Below, piece after piece: positions 9,820-18,966 of a DNA stretch of 64,000 nt. The notes under the pieces were generated by a model. It did no database searches. It worked only from the letters and a program-made list of their open reading frames with translations, and was not told where the DNA came from. Source of the DNA: an uncultured Endomicrobiia bacterium. Lineage in GTDB: Bacteria > Elusimicrobiota > Endomicrobiia > DTEH01. Location: assembly GCA_938074745.1 (NCBI GenBank), contig CALJEJ010000006.1, positions 18,043 to 82,042 of the forward strand, written 5' to 3'. The position numbers were made by a program, and so were the translations under genes. Position 1 is the stretch's first letter; the number at the start of each line of letters is the position of its first letter.

Positions 9820-11897
9820 AAAGAGTTGTACTGTTTATTTTTATAATGAGTGTTTTTATATTTTTAATATACACAGTTTCTCCATCAGTTAATAGTGGTG
9901 ACAGTGGTGAATTTATCACTACTTCAATCACTTTAGGTATTGCACATAGTCCTGGTTATCCGTTGTATTCCTTGGTAGGGAAAATTTTTAGTTATATAAT
10001 TCCATTTGGCAACTATGCGTATAGGATAAATTTGATGAATACAGTTTTTGTAATCTTTGTCATAGTAATATTATTTTCTTTTGCAAATAATAGGAATATT
10101 TCAAGTAATGTTTTGGATATAATAAATATTCTTTCCACAATAGGTGTTTTGATATTTTCAAAATCTTTCTGGCGTAACTCTGTGCAAACCGAAGTGTTCA
10201 TATTAAATGTATTGTTTGTAGTATTAATAATCTTTATTTTGTTCTTACCAATTAAATTCGTAAAAAAATGGTGTTTAATATCATTTCTTTTTGGTATTTC
10301 TTTAGGAAACCACCATACAATAGTTTTTCTTTTGCCTGGGTTGGTATATTTATTTTTCTCTTCAAAGTCAGAGTTAACAAATTTATGGAAAGATATTTTT
10401 TTGTTTATAATCTTTTTCGTGATAGGTATAAGTGTATATACTATTCTCCCTTTAAGGTCACAAAAAAATCCCGGTCTTGACTGGGGTAACACTGAAAAAA
10501 TTGTAAATTTGTACCGTGTAATAACAAGGAAAGATTATGGTACATTCCAACTTACGGTAGAAAAACCTTTGCCACGAAATTTTGTTAATATAGTTCAACA
10601 AGTAAAACGATATATAAAACATACCTTAAATGATATTCCTTTAGCTATTGTGATTCTATGTATTTTAGGAATAGTTATAGTTTATAATGAAGATAAAAAT
10701 AAATGTTTTGCCTTAAGTACAACATTATTTCTTTGCGGGATTGGTTTTTTTATTTTAAGTAATCTTCCTTTTGAACCTATTCACGATGGAATTTTGGAAC
10801 GGTTTTATATCTTCCCCAATACGATAGTATGTATTTTTACGTTGTTATTTATAACTTCTAAAAAAAATTTTTTTTCTACTAAATTAAGAAAAGTTTTTTT
10901 AACTATAGTTTTGCTATTGTGTTTTGTGTGGAATATAACAAAAAATTATCCCTTTTGCAATTTAAGAAGTTATTACTTAAACTATGATTATGGAATGAAC
11001 ATTTTACGAACCATAGTTCCTAATGGGATATTGTTTATGGATGGTGGAGATGATACTTTTTATACCTTAGCATATTTACAATTTGCTGAAGGACGACGAA
11101 AAGATATTAGTTTACACGATCGTGGTGGTGTAGTGTTTAAAAATATTTATGGGGAAGATTTTAGACAACTCACTAAGGAAGAAAAAGAAATCAGAAGACA
11201 ACAAATAGAATCAAGTTTCTTATCGCGCAGGACAGTTTATTATTCTACTTTTAACAAAAATATTTTACCAAAAGCAACTCTTTTTCCTGTTGGAGCGTTG
11301 TACAAAGCTGTGCCAAAAGATACACGTGAAAAAATATTTCCTCACTACAGTTTTGAGTTTTATTCGTTAAGAAGTGTATATCAAGAATATGACGACTACC
11401 GTAGCAAAGCTCTTTGTCCTATATATGATTTTATTGAAGCTACAAATATTGAACCTATACAGACCAAAATTGATTTGTTAAAATACACATACCTCAGATG
11501 GCCAGAAGTGGATTGGTTAAAAAATAATGTTAGTATAGAATTGCATAATCTTGGATATAAAATGTTCAACGAAGGTGATTATAACATAACAGAAAAAATT
11601 TATAAATTTTTAATTTATATCAACCCTAAAGATATTTACGCATTACTTAACTTAGGTGTAACATATGAACGGTTAGGGAAGCTAGATTTAGCAGAACAAA
11701 CTTATAATACAGCATCTAAAATTGATCCAACAAATCCAAATACATATTATAATTTAGCAGTGCTCTACTGGAAAAAAAATGATTGGGATAATGTAATAAA
11801 ATATTTTAACAAAGTATTACAGTTACAGCCAGATAATAAAGAAGTAAAAAATTTTTTATTAAAAGCCGAAATTGAGAAAAATAAGTTAAATAAATGA
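9816..11897 (+). CDS. DUF2723 (TMEM260-like, GT-C fold protein O-mannosyltransferase-like) membrane protein with C-terminal TPR repeats, paralog 1
   Basis: Multi-pass N-terminal domain with the DUF2723/TMEM260 signatures GDSGEF...GIAHSPGYPLY and LPLRSQKNPGLDW...TRKDYGTF. The C-terminus carries TPR repeats (YYNLAVLYWKKNDWDNVIKYFNKVLQLQPDN). Confidence 0.7.
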   Translation: MKRVVLFIFIMSVFIFLIYTVSPSVNSGDSGEFITTSITLGIAHSPGYPLYSLVGKIFSYIIPFGNYAYRINLMNTVFVIFVIVILFSFANNRNISSNVLDIINILSTIGVLIFSKSFWRNSVQTEVFILNVLFVVLIIFILFLPIKFVKKWCLISFLFGISLGNHHTIVFLLPGLVYLFFSSKSELTNLWKDIFLFIIFFVIGISVYTILPLRSQKNPGLDWGNTEKIVNLYRVITRKDYGTFQLTVEKPLPRNFVNIVQQVKRYIKHTLNDIPLAIVILCILGIVIVYNEDKNKCFALSTTLFLCGIGFFILSNLPFEPIHDGILERFYIFPNTIVCIFTLLFITSKKNFFSTKLRKVFLTIVLLLCFVWNITKNYPFCNLRSYYLNYDYGMNILRTIVPNGILFMDGGDDTFYTLAYLQFAEGRRKDISLHDRGGVVFKNIYGEDFRQLTKEEKEIRRQQIESSFLSRRTVYYSTFNKNILPKATLFPVGALYKAVPKDTREKIFPHYSFEFYSLRSVYQEYDDYRSKALCPIYDFIEATNIEPIQTKIDLLKYTYLRWPEVDWLKNNVSIELHNLGYKMFNEGDYNITEKIYKFLIYINPKDIYALLNLGVTYERLGKLDLAEQTYNTASKIDPTNPNTYYNLAVLYWKKNDWDNVIKYFNKVLQLQPDNKEVKNFLLKAEIEKNKLNK

Positions 11898-13945
11898 AAA
11901 TTGAAAGTGTAATATTGTTAATTGCATTTATAACTAACATTTTTCTTATTGCGCCGACAGTAGGTGTTGGTGATACTGCAGAACTTGCCGGCGCAGCAGT
12001 AAATTATGGGATTGCACATTCGCCTGGGTATCCGTTGTTCTGTAATGTGTATAAAATATTTTCTGTAATCATACCGTTTGCTGAAAAAGGGTATAGATTA
12101 AATATAACATCTGCAATATTGGGATATTTAAGTATCTACATAATATGGAAGATAATTATTCATATCACACAAAATCGCATCTTGGGAATTATAGGAATTG
12201 TATTATTCTTTTCTATTGATACTGTGGTAAAACAAAACCAGATTAGCGAAGTGTTTGCATTAAATAATTTTATTATTGCAATACTGACTTATTTTTTAGA
12301 AGTCTCAAAATTTTCTGTTGAAAAAAAGTTTTATATCGTAATGTTTTTATTAGGGTTGGGGTTAGGGAATCAACATATTATAATATTTTTTATTCCAGCA
12401 GTTATTCTGTGGTTTTTAATAAAAGGTAAGATTTTTAGTTATATACGTTTACAATATAGACATAAAACATTTAATACGATACTTTTTGGTGTGATATTTT
12501 TTCTGTTAGGATTGAGTATATATTTATATGTCCCGTTAAGGTCACTTCAACAACCTCTTTATGATTGGGAAGACCCTGAAACTTTTGACAGGTTTATTTT
12601 TCTGTTTACTCGTGGTCGGTATGGTACATTTAGTTTAGCACAGGGTGGGAAGTTAAGCATAACCTTTTTAAAATTTCTCTATGGGATAAAACTGTTTTTT
12701 TACATTTTAGGTTGGTATGTCACTATTTTTTTTCTTGTGGGAGTAGTGTTGTTGCTTTTTCAATTTGTGAACAAAAAAGTAAAATTTTTAGAAACAAAAT
12801 TGTTTTGTTTAACAGCGACATATTTTTTAGGTCCGTGGATAATTACAATTTCAGGATTAAATGTTCCTACACCACATACAGTTTACATTTTAGAACGGTT
12901 GATATTTTCGTCTACAATTTTTGTGGTAATGTTCATTACAGTTTCATTGTATGAGATTGCTAACAGAAAATTGATAAATTATTCTATTATGTGTTTTTTA
13001 TCTTATTTTGTAGTAATGAATTTTTTAACCAATTTTAGCAGGAACGACTTTTTTTTGTATGATTATATTTCAAATTTCTTTAGAAATATTCCTTATAATA
13101 GTCTAGTGTTTTCAGACAAAGCAGACGAGTCAGAGTTCGGGTTCGCTTATTTTCAAAGAATTTTAGGCTTAAGGAAAGATGTAGAATTTATTGACTGCAA
13201 CGCTTCAGTTTCACGTAGTATTTATGGTGTAGAATATTATCGTATCTGGGGTAAACCAAGGTTGGAAATAAGAACTGCAGTAGAAACTAAAATAATAAAT
13301 TCTGTAACTAAACCGGTGTTTTATAATACACTTCTTCCAGAACAAACAGGAATAAAAAAATACAAGTTTGGTCTTTTGTATAGTACAAACCAGAGGAAAG
13401 AAAAGATTTATGATGAGTATTTTGTATTTCGTGAAATGAATATACTACAACCACGAGTTTTAGGATTGTATTTGACATATCTAAATTCTTTAGCACAGTA
13501 TTTCCTTGAGTTAGCACAGCAACAAAGAGAATTTGTTTTCAAAGCAAAAGATAAATTTTTTGAATTGTTTTTAATTACTAAAGATATAAAATATATGCTT
13601 TACATACCATATTATTTTTTTTCAATTGGTGAACTAAAAAGTGCACAAGAAGAATATATTAAATTGTTAAAATATCCAATGGATAAAGAAAATGCTAAAG
13701 AAATTATGAATAATATAGGTGTAGTTTATGAAAATCAAGGTGAATTTTATGAAGCAGAGAAATGGTATAAAAAAGTTTTAGAATTAGATCCCGAGTTTGA
13801 AAAAGCATATTATAACCTTGCAGTAGTATACTGGAAAATAGGACGTTACAAAGATGCAATAAAAATGTTTACAAAAGTTGTTCAACTGAACCCACAAAAT
13901 GTTGAAGCAAAAAAGTATTTGGTAGTGTTAAAACAAAAAATTTAA
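11894..13945 (+). CDS. DUF2723 (TMEM260-like GT-C) membrane protein with C-terminal TPR repeats, paralog 2
   Basis: GDTAEL...GIAHSPGYPLF; VPLRSLQQPLYDWEDPE...TRGRYGTFSL. The C-terminal TPR is YYNLAVVYWKIGRYKDAIKMFTKVVQLNPQN. The start overlaps the paralog 1 stop. Confidence 0.7.
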   Translation: MKIESVILLIAFITNIFLIAPTVGVGDTAELAGAAVNYGIAHSPGYPLFCNVYKIFSVIIPFAEKGYRLNITSAILGYLSIYIIWKIIIHITQNRILGIIGIVLFFSIDTVVKQNQISEVFALNNFIIAILTYFLEVSKFSVEKKFYIVMFLLGLGLGNQHIIIFFIPAVILWFLIKGKIFSYIRLQYRHKTFNTILFGVIFFLLGLSIYLYVPLRSLQQPLYDWEDPETFDRFIFLFTRGRYGTFSLAQGGKLSITFLKFLYGIKLFFYILGWYVTIFFLVGVVLLLFQFVNKKVKFLETKLFCLTATYFLGPWIITISGLNVPTPHTVYILERLIFSSTIFVVMFITVSLYEIANRKLINYSIMCFLSYFVVMNFLTNFSRNDFFLYDYISNFFRNIPYNSLVFSDKADESEFGFAYFQRILGLRKDVEFIDCNASVSRSIYGVEYYRIWGKPRLEIRTAVETKIINSVTKPVFYNTLLPEQTGIKKYKFGLLYSTNQRKEKIYDEYFVFREMNILQPRVLGLYLTYLNSLAQYFLELAQQQREFVFKAKDKFFELFLITKDIKYMLYIPYYFFSIGELKSAQEEYIKLLKYPMDKENAKEIMNNIGVVYENQGEFYEAEKWYKKVLELDPEFEKAYYNLAVVYWKIGRYKDAIKMFTKVVQLNPQNVEAKKYLVVLKQKI

Positions 13946-13950
13946 TTCCA

Positions 13951-16149
13951 ATGATATATTTAATTGTGTTCTTGAACATCTTTATAGTATATTTATGGAC
14001 AATTTTCCCAACAATAGCAGCGTACCGTGATTCAGCTGAGATGTGTTGTGTTGGTAAACTTTTAGGTATAGCGCATCCTCCAGGTTATCCATTATACACT
14101 TTGCTGATAAACATATTTTGGAAAATCCTACCTTTAGGAAATCTTGCCTACAGGTTTAACATTTTTTCAGCAATAGTCTCTGCATTAACTGGAATGTTAC
14201 TTTTTTATCTGTGTCGTAAAATACAGCGAAAGAGTATCTCTATGGTTACGATTTCGTTAATCGACAATATAATTATATACTTTTTTGTATTAATATTTGC
14301 TTTTGGTTATCTACAGTGGTATTTATCTTTAGTTTCAGAAATGTATACTTTTAATGTCCTATTTGGAATAGTTGTTTTGATATTAGCATATAGATATTTT
14401 TTTGAGACAGAGAAAAAATTAGTTTACATCTTATTTTTTATTTTTGGTTTAGGGTTAGGGAATAGGTTGGATTTAATATTATTTTTTCCAATAATATTTT
14501 TTGTATTTTGGGATTACATAAAAAAATCTCGTTATAAGATTAAAGAACTCATATTTTTATGTTTTGTGATTTTTTTAGGTTTGACAGTGTATTTATATCT
14601 TCCATTACGTTCTTCACAAAAACCGTTGTTAGACTGGAATCATCCTGCAGAACTTTCTCGTTTCTGGAGTTCATTGACAAGAAAAACACATGGTTCTACA
14701 TTGGATATGTTATCTTTGAGTTATCGTCCAGCAGAAAACTTTTTAGCAGGAATAAAATTATATTTCAAACATATAATTGAAAATATCACTATTTTTGGCT
14801 TGATAATAGTTTTATTAGGAAGCAAAAATTTAGTAAAACAAAATTTTGTATTTTTTGTTATTACATTATTATGCTGGTTGATAAGTTGTGTATGGTTCAT
14901 TTACAAAGCCAACATGCCACCAAATCCCCATGCAATGGCAATTTTAGAAGCACATTTTTTACTCCCAAATTTGATAATATTTCTATGGTTATTTTATGGT
15001 ATTCTTGAGATTACAAAAAAATTTTTGTCTAAATTTTACATAAAATTTGTTTTAATATTAGTTATGGTATTGTGTATAATGTATAACCTAAAAAATAACA
15101 TCTACAAATTAAATAAGAGGAACCATTTTTATGCATATGACTATACAACAAATTTATTTAGAAGTGTTCCAGATGATAGTTTAGTGCTTATAAAAGAAGA
15201 TGTTCAATTATTTTCTTGTTGGTATAGAAAATATATAGAAAAATTTAGGCCGAAAGTTTATGTTATAGCATCTGGTCTTGCAGGAGCAGAATGGTATGTG
15301 TCTATGTTTCAGAGATATCTTTCAGAAATAGGTGCGACTAAACAGATATTTTTTTGCCGTTTGGATGATAACTTAGGTTGGGATAAGTTTATTTCAGAAA
15401 ATAAGAAGATTAGTAATAAGATATTCGTTACCCACAATGTAGAGTTTGGTCAACTTAAAAATTATAAACTTTTTCCTGTAGGGTTATGTTCCGAGATATG
15501 TAGTTTAGAAGAATATCCCTCCACAAAACATAACTACAAAATACTTTCAGAGGTTTTACAAGAGGAAATTTATATTTATAGAAATGAATATCTTTACGAT
15601 TTAGACAAAGAATTTTTTTCTTCTGATATTGTAGAAGAATACAGCAAAGCACATAGTATCACCGGAGATTATTTAAGAAACCAACAGAATTTTGTTTCGT
15701 GTATTAAAGAATATAAATCATCAATACTAATGAATCCAGATTTTCCAGTCAACTATTTTGATTTAGGATATGTATATTTCAGTATGAAAAACTACAATCT
15801 TGCAGAAAAGTTTTATACATATGCAGTAAGAAAGTATGAAAACTATCTTTTATTGGCTCAGAAGTATAATGCATTACCCGATGTAATAAAAAATTATAAA
15901 GAACAAACAGCGAATGCATATTTACACTTAGGAGTAGTATCAGAAAGATTAGGTAAACTTGATTTTTCTGTTGAATGTTATAATTCTGCTTTGGGACACA
16001 ACCCTAATTTTGCTGATGCATATTATAATTTAGGTGTTGTATACTGGCATAAAAAAGATTGGGAAAAAGTAAGATATTATTTTAACCAAACTTTAAAAAT
16101 AAATCCTAACCATTCGTTAGCAAAATTTTATCTTGAAAAACTTCAATGA
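13951..16149 (+). CDS. DUF2723 (TMEM260-like GT-C) membrane protein with C-terminal TPR repeats, paralog 3 (divergent N-terminal motif)
   Basis: YRDSAEM...GIAHPPGYPLY (the HPPGYP form); LPLRSSQKPLLDWNHPAE...TRKTHGST. The C-terminal TPR is YYNLGVVYWHKKDWEKVRYYFNQTLKINPNH. Confidence 0.7.
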   Translation: MIYLIVFLNIFIVYLWTIFPTIAAYRDSAEMCCVGKLLGIAHPPGYPLYTLLINIFWKILPLGNLAYRFNIFSAIVSALTGMLLFYLCRKIQRKSISMVTISLIDNIIIYFFVLIFAFGYLQWYLSLVSEMYTFNVLFGIVVLILAYRYFFETEKKLVYILFFIFGLGLGNRLDLILFFPIIFFVFWDYIKKSRYKIKELIFLCFVIFLGLTVYLYLPLRSSQKPLLDWNHPAELSRFWSSLTRKTHGSTLDMLSLSYRPAENFLAGIKLYFKHIIENITIFGLIIVLLGSKNLVKQNFVFFVITLLCWLISCVWFIYKANMPPNPHAMAILEAHFLLPNLIIFLWLFYGILEITKKFLSKFYIKFVLILVMVLCIMYNLKNNIYKLNKRNHFYAYDYTTNLFRSVPDDSLVLIKEDVQLFSCWYRKYIEKFRPKVYVIASGLAGAEWYVSMFQRYLSEIGATKQIFFCRLDDNLGWDKFISENKKISNKIFVTHNVEFGQLKNYKLFPVGLCSEICSLEEYPSTKHNYKILSEVLQEEIYIYRNEYLYDLDKEFFSSDIVEEYSKAHSITGDYLRNQQNFVSCIKEYKSSILMNPDFPVNYFDLGYVYFSMKNYNLAEKFYTYAVRKYENYLLLAQKYNALPDVIKNYKEQTANAYLHLGVVSERLGKLDFSVECYNSALGHNPNFADAYYNLGVVYWHKKDWEKVRYYFNQTLKINPNHSLAKFYLEKLQ

Positions 16150-17786
16150 AGAAGATTTTGTCGTATTATGGTTTAGTTGTTGTGCTTATAACAATACATT
16201 TTTTATTGGGTATTGATACAATAAAACATTATTCACCAACTTATGACGAACATGTCCATCTTGTTAGTGGATATTCTTATTGGAAGACAGGAGGATATTT
16301 TCTTAACATTTACGACCATCCGCCTGTGATAAAACTTTTTGCCAGTATACCGTTGTTATTTATGAAACCAATATTGCCTATAAATCATCCGACATATGTT
16401 AGCCATAAACAGTATTCTTTTGCAGATATATTTTTTTATCATAACATTGTTGATGCTGAAAAAATGTTGAATTCTGCTCGGTTGATGATGTTGGTTATTT
16501 CGTGTTTACTTGGTTATACGATATATTTTTGGAGTAAGCAAATATACGGAAGAACAACAGCTGTTATAATTTTGTTATTCTATGTTTTTTCATCAAATTT
16601 TATTGCTCACGGTATATTGGTTACAACCGATGTTGGATTAAGTTTTTTTTATTTTTTAAGTATGTATTATTTTTGTTTAATGCTTAAGAAAGGAAATTTT
16701 ACAGACACAATTTTATGCGGTATTTTTTCAGGTCTCGCATTAGGAAGTAAATTTTCTGCTGTAATAATTTTTCCAGTATACTTTTTAATATATTTTTTAG
16801 TTCGTAAAAAAATAAATATAAAAAATTTAGGTTTCCATTTTGTTGTGTTAGGTGTTATGACAATTTTTACTATATCAGTTATTTACAAATTTGATTTAGG
16901 GTTGTATATTGACGGGATAAAACATATAATGAAAGAAATGCAACGAGGTAGGTCCGTGTTTCTTTGTGGAAACTATTCTACTACAGGGTTCATTTATTAT
17001 TTTCTTGTTGTTTTTTTAATAAAAACTCCAATATTATTTTTGGTAATTTTGTTATTACTACCATTTTTTTATAGAAAAAAAGATGTTGTTACAAACACAG
17101 TGTTGATTACCGCAACAATTGTATATTTTATTTCAGCATCAGTATCAAGAATTCAGTTAGGGTTAAGACATATCCTGCCAATATATCCGTTCCTTTTTGT
17201 TTTATCTGGCGATGTGATAGATTATATTATATCTGACAAAAATGTTTTTAAAAAAAGTATTATTTTATGTATTGCGATAGGTTCATATATTTATCCCTGT
17301 ATAAAACTTCATCCGTGGCATTTGAGTTATTGTAACGAACTGTTTGGTGGTGCAAAAAATGGATATAAATATCTTACTGATTCAAATATTGACTGGGGAC
17401 AAGGGTTGAAACAGTTAGGTATTTGGTTGAACAAAAATTTTTTTTCACAATACAAGGATAACCCGTTCTACGGGATTTATTTTTCATACTTTGGTGTTGG
17501 CGACCCACATTATTATGGAATAAGATACAGACCTGTAGGATTTATCAGTAATTTAGACTACAAGGAACGTCCAGGAGATAAAATTGAATTCTTGCCTGAC
17601 GAAAAAATATTGTTTGCTATTTCTGTAACAAACTTGCAAGCAACATATTATAGAGACAAAAATGTTTTCTCGTTTATAAAAAAATATCAACCTCTAAAAG
17701 TTATTGCAGAATCTATTTTTGTTTACGATTTAACAGATAAACCTCAAGTAATCAAAAAAATTAAAGAAATTATAAATGAATTATAA
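16146..17786 (+). CDS. GT-C fold glycosyltransferase, family 39/PMT_2 (ArnT/protein-O-mannosyltransferase-like)
   Basis: A 546-aa polytopic protein. The first periplasmic loop carries the catalytic-type DE motif in the typical context (YDEHVHLVSGYSYWKTGGYFLNIYDHPPVIKLF). It contains more than 10 predicted TM helices. Confidence 0.6.
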   Translation: MKKILSYYGLVVVLITIHFLLGIDTIKHYSPTYDEHVHLVSGYSYWKTGGYFLNIYDHPPVIKLFASIPLLFMKPILPINHPTYVSHKQYSFADIFFYHNIVDAEKMLNSARLMMLVISCLLGYTIYFWSKQIYGRTTAVIILLFYVFSSNFIAHGILVTTDVGLSFFYFLSMYYFCLMLKKGNFTDTILCGIFSGLALGSKFSAVIIFPVYFLIYFLVRKKINIKNLGFHFVVLGVMTIFTISVIYKFDLGLYIDGIKHIMKEMQRGRSVFLCGNYSTTGFIYYFLVVFLIKTPILFLVILLLLPFFYRKKDVVTNTVLITATIVYFISASVSRIQLGLRHILPIYPFLFVLSGDVIDYIISDKNVFKKSIILCIAIGSYIYPCIKLHPWHLSYCNELFGGAKNGYKYLTDSNIDWGQGLKQLGIWLNKNFFSQYKDNPFYGIYFSYFGVGDPHYYGIRYRPVGFISNLDYKERPGDKIEFLPDEKILFAISVTNLQATYYRDKNVFSFIKKYQPLKVIAESIFVYDLTDKPQVIKKIKEIINEL

Positions 17787-17825
17787 AAACGTAACTTTTT
17801 TCAAAAAAATGGAGGTGTACAAAAT

Positions 17826-18947
17826 ATGACAAAAAAAGTTTTAATTTTAACAGCGAGTTATGGTACAGGACATATCTCTGCTGCAAAATCTATAGATAAA
17901 GCATTGAAACAGTTATATTCAGATGTAGAGACAAAAATTGTGGATTTTTTATATCTTGATAAGAAACCTGAAAAGTTAACATTATTTCAAAAGATATATA
18001 ATTTCTCTATGGAAAAACCGAACCTGTGGGATGTTTTTTTCCATTTAACAAATAATAAATTTGCTGTTGCTATATTGAAATGGACGATTTTAATAAAAAA
18101 TTATCACAAAATGAAAAAGATATTTTTAGAATATAATCCAGACGTAATTATATCAACCCATATGTATTGGAATTTTATAATTGAGAAACATAAGAAAGAA
18201 AAAAATAATATTTTTTCTATTAAGAAAACTTTGAAGTATATCTGCGTAATTACAGATTCTTTTATGATACACAAATCCTGGATAAGTAAAGCTGTAGATT
18301 ATTACTTTGTAATTGATGAAGATACAAAACAAGTTGTGGTTAATATGGGTATCAAAAATATAAAAGTTACAGGTTTTCCTGTGACAGTTGAATTATCTCA
18401 AAAAATTGATAAAAGAAAAATAATATCTGAGTTAGGGTTAAAAGAAAATCTTACTACTATTTTAGTAACAATAGGTCTTGGAGCGTTGCAACGTTTCTTA
18501 GATATTATAGATTACTTAAGAATGCAAGAAAACGGTTTTCAATTGATAATAATTACTGGTAAATATGAACAAATCTACAAGAAATTGTTGGCTAAACATT
18601 ATAAAATTCCTACTGTGATAATTGGTTGGACGGACCGTATGGCTGATTTTATTCGTGTCAGTGATTTGGTAATTTGTAAAGGAGGTGGAGCAATAGTTTC
18701 TGAGTCGTTGAACGCATTTAAACCGGTTTTAATACCGACATTTGTCCCCGGCCAAGAACAAGGAAATGTATTTATAATAAAAAAATATCAATTAGGCTTT
18801 TATGCTGAAGAAAAAGAAGAGGTTTATTCAATCTTAAACCAAATAATTACTAAACAAATAGATTTAGAAAAGTATGCCCATAATATAGAAAAATATGTTA
18901 AAAAAGATTCTGCAATAAATATTGCCAGATTTATTTATAACTTGTAA
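17826..18947 (+). CDS. GT28 family glycosyltransferase (MGDG synthase / UgtP / MurG-like)
   Basis: N-terminus KKVLILTASYGTGHISAAKSI (MGDG_synth-type G-rich loop) and a C-terminal domain with ICKGGGAIVSESL. SD GGAGGTG upstream. Confidence 0.6.
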   Translation: MTKKVLILTASYGTGHISAAKSIDKALKQLYSDVETKIVDFLYLDKKPEKLTLFQKIYNFSMEKPNLWDVFFHLTNNKFAVAILKWTILIKNYHKMKKIFLEYNPDVIISTHMYWNFIIEKHKKEKNNIFSIKKTLKYICVITDSFMIHKSWISKAVDYYFVIDEDTKQVVVNMGIKNIKVTGFPVTVELSQKIDKRKIISELGLKENLTTILVTIGLGALQRFLDIIDYLRMQENGFQLIIITGKYEQIYKKLLAKHYKIPTVIIGWTDRMADFIRVSDLVICKGGGAIVSESLNAFKPVLIPTFVPGQEQGNVFIIKKYQLGFYAEEKEEVYSILNQIITKQIDLEKYAHNIEKYVKKDSAINIARFIYNL

Positions 18948-18966
18948 ATCTGTAGAATAAATTTAT

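Noticed and set aside
9816-16149. Annotating the three DUF2723 genes as a nucleotide-level tandem repeat feature
   Set aside because: Similarity is at the protein-motif level only. I see no long identical nucleotide stretches, so these are diverged paralogs and not a DNA repeat.
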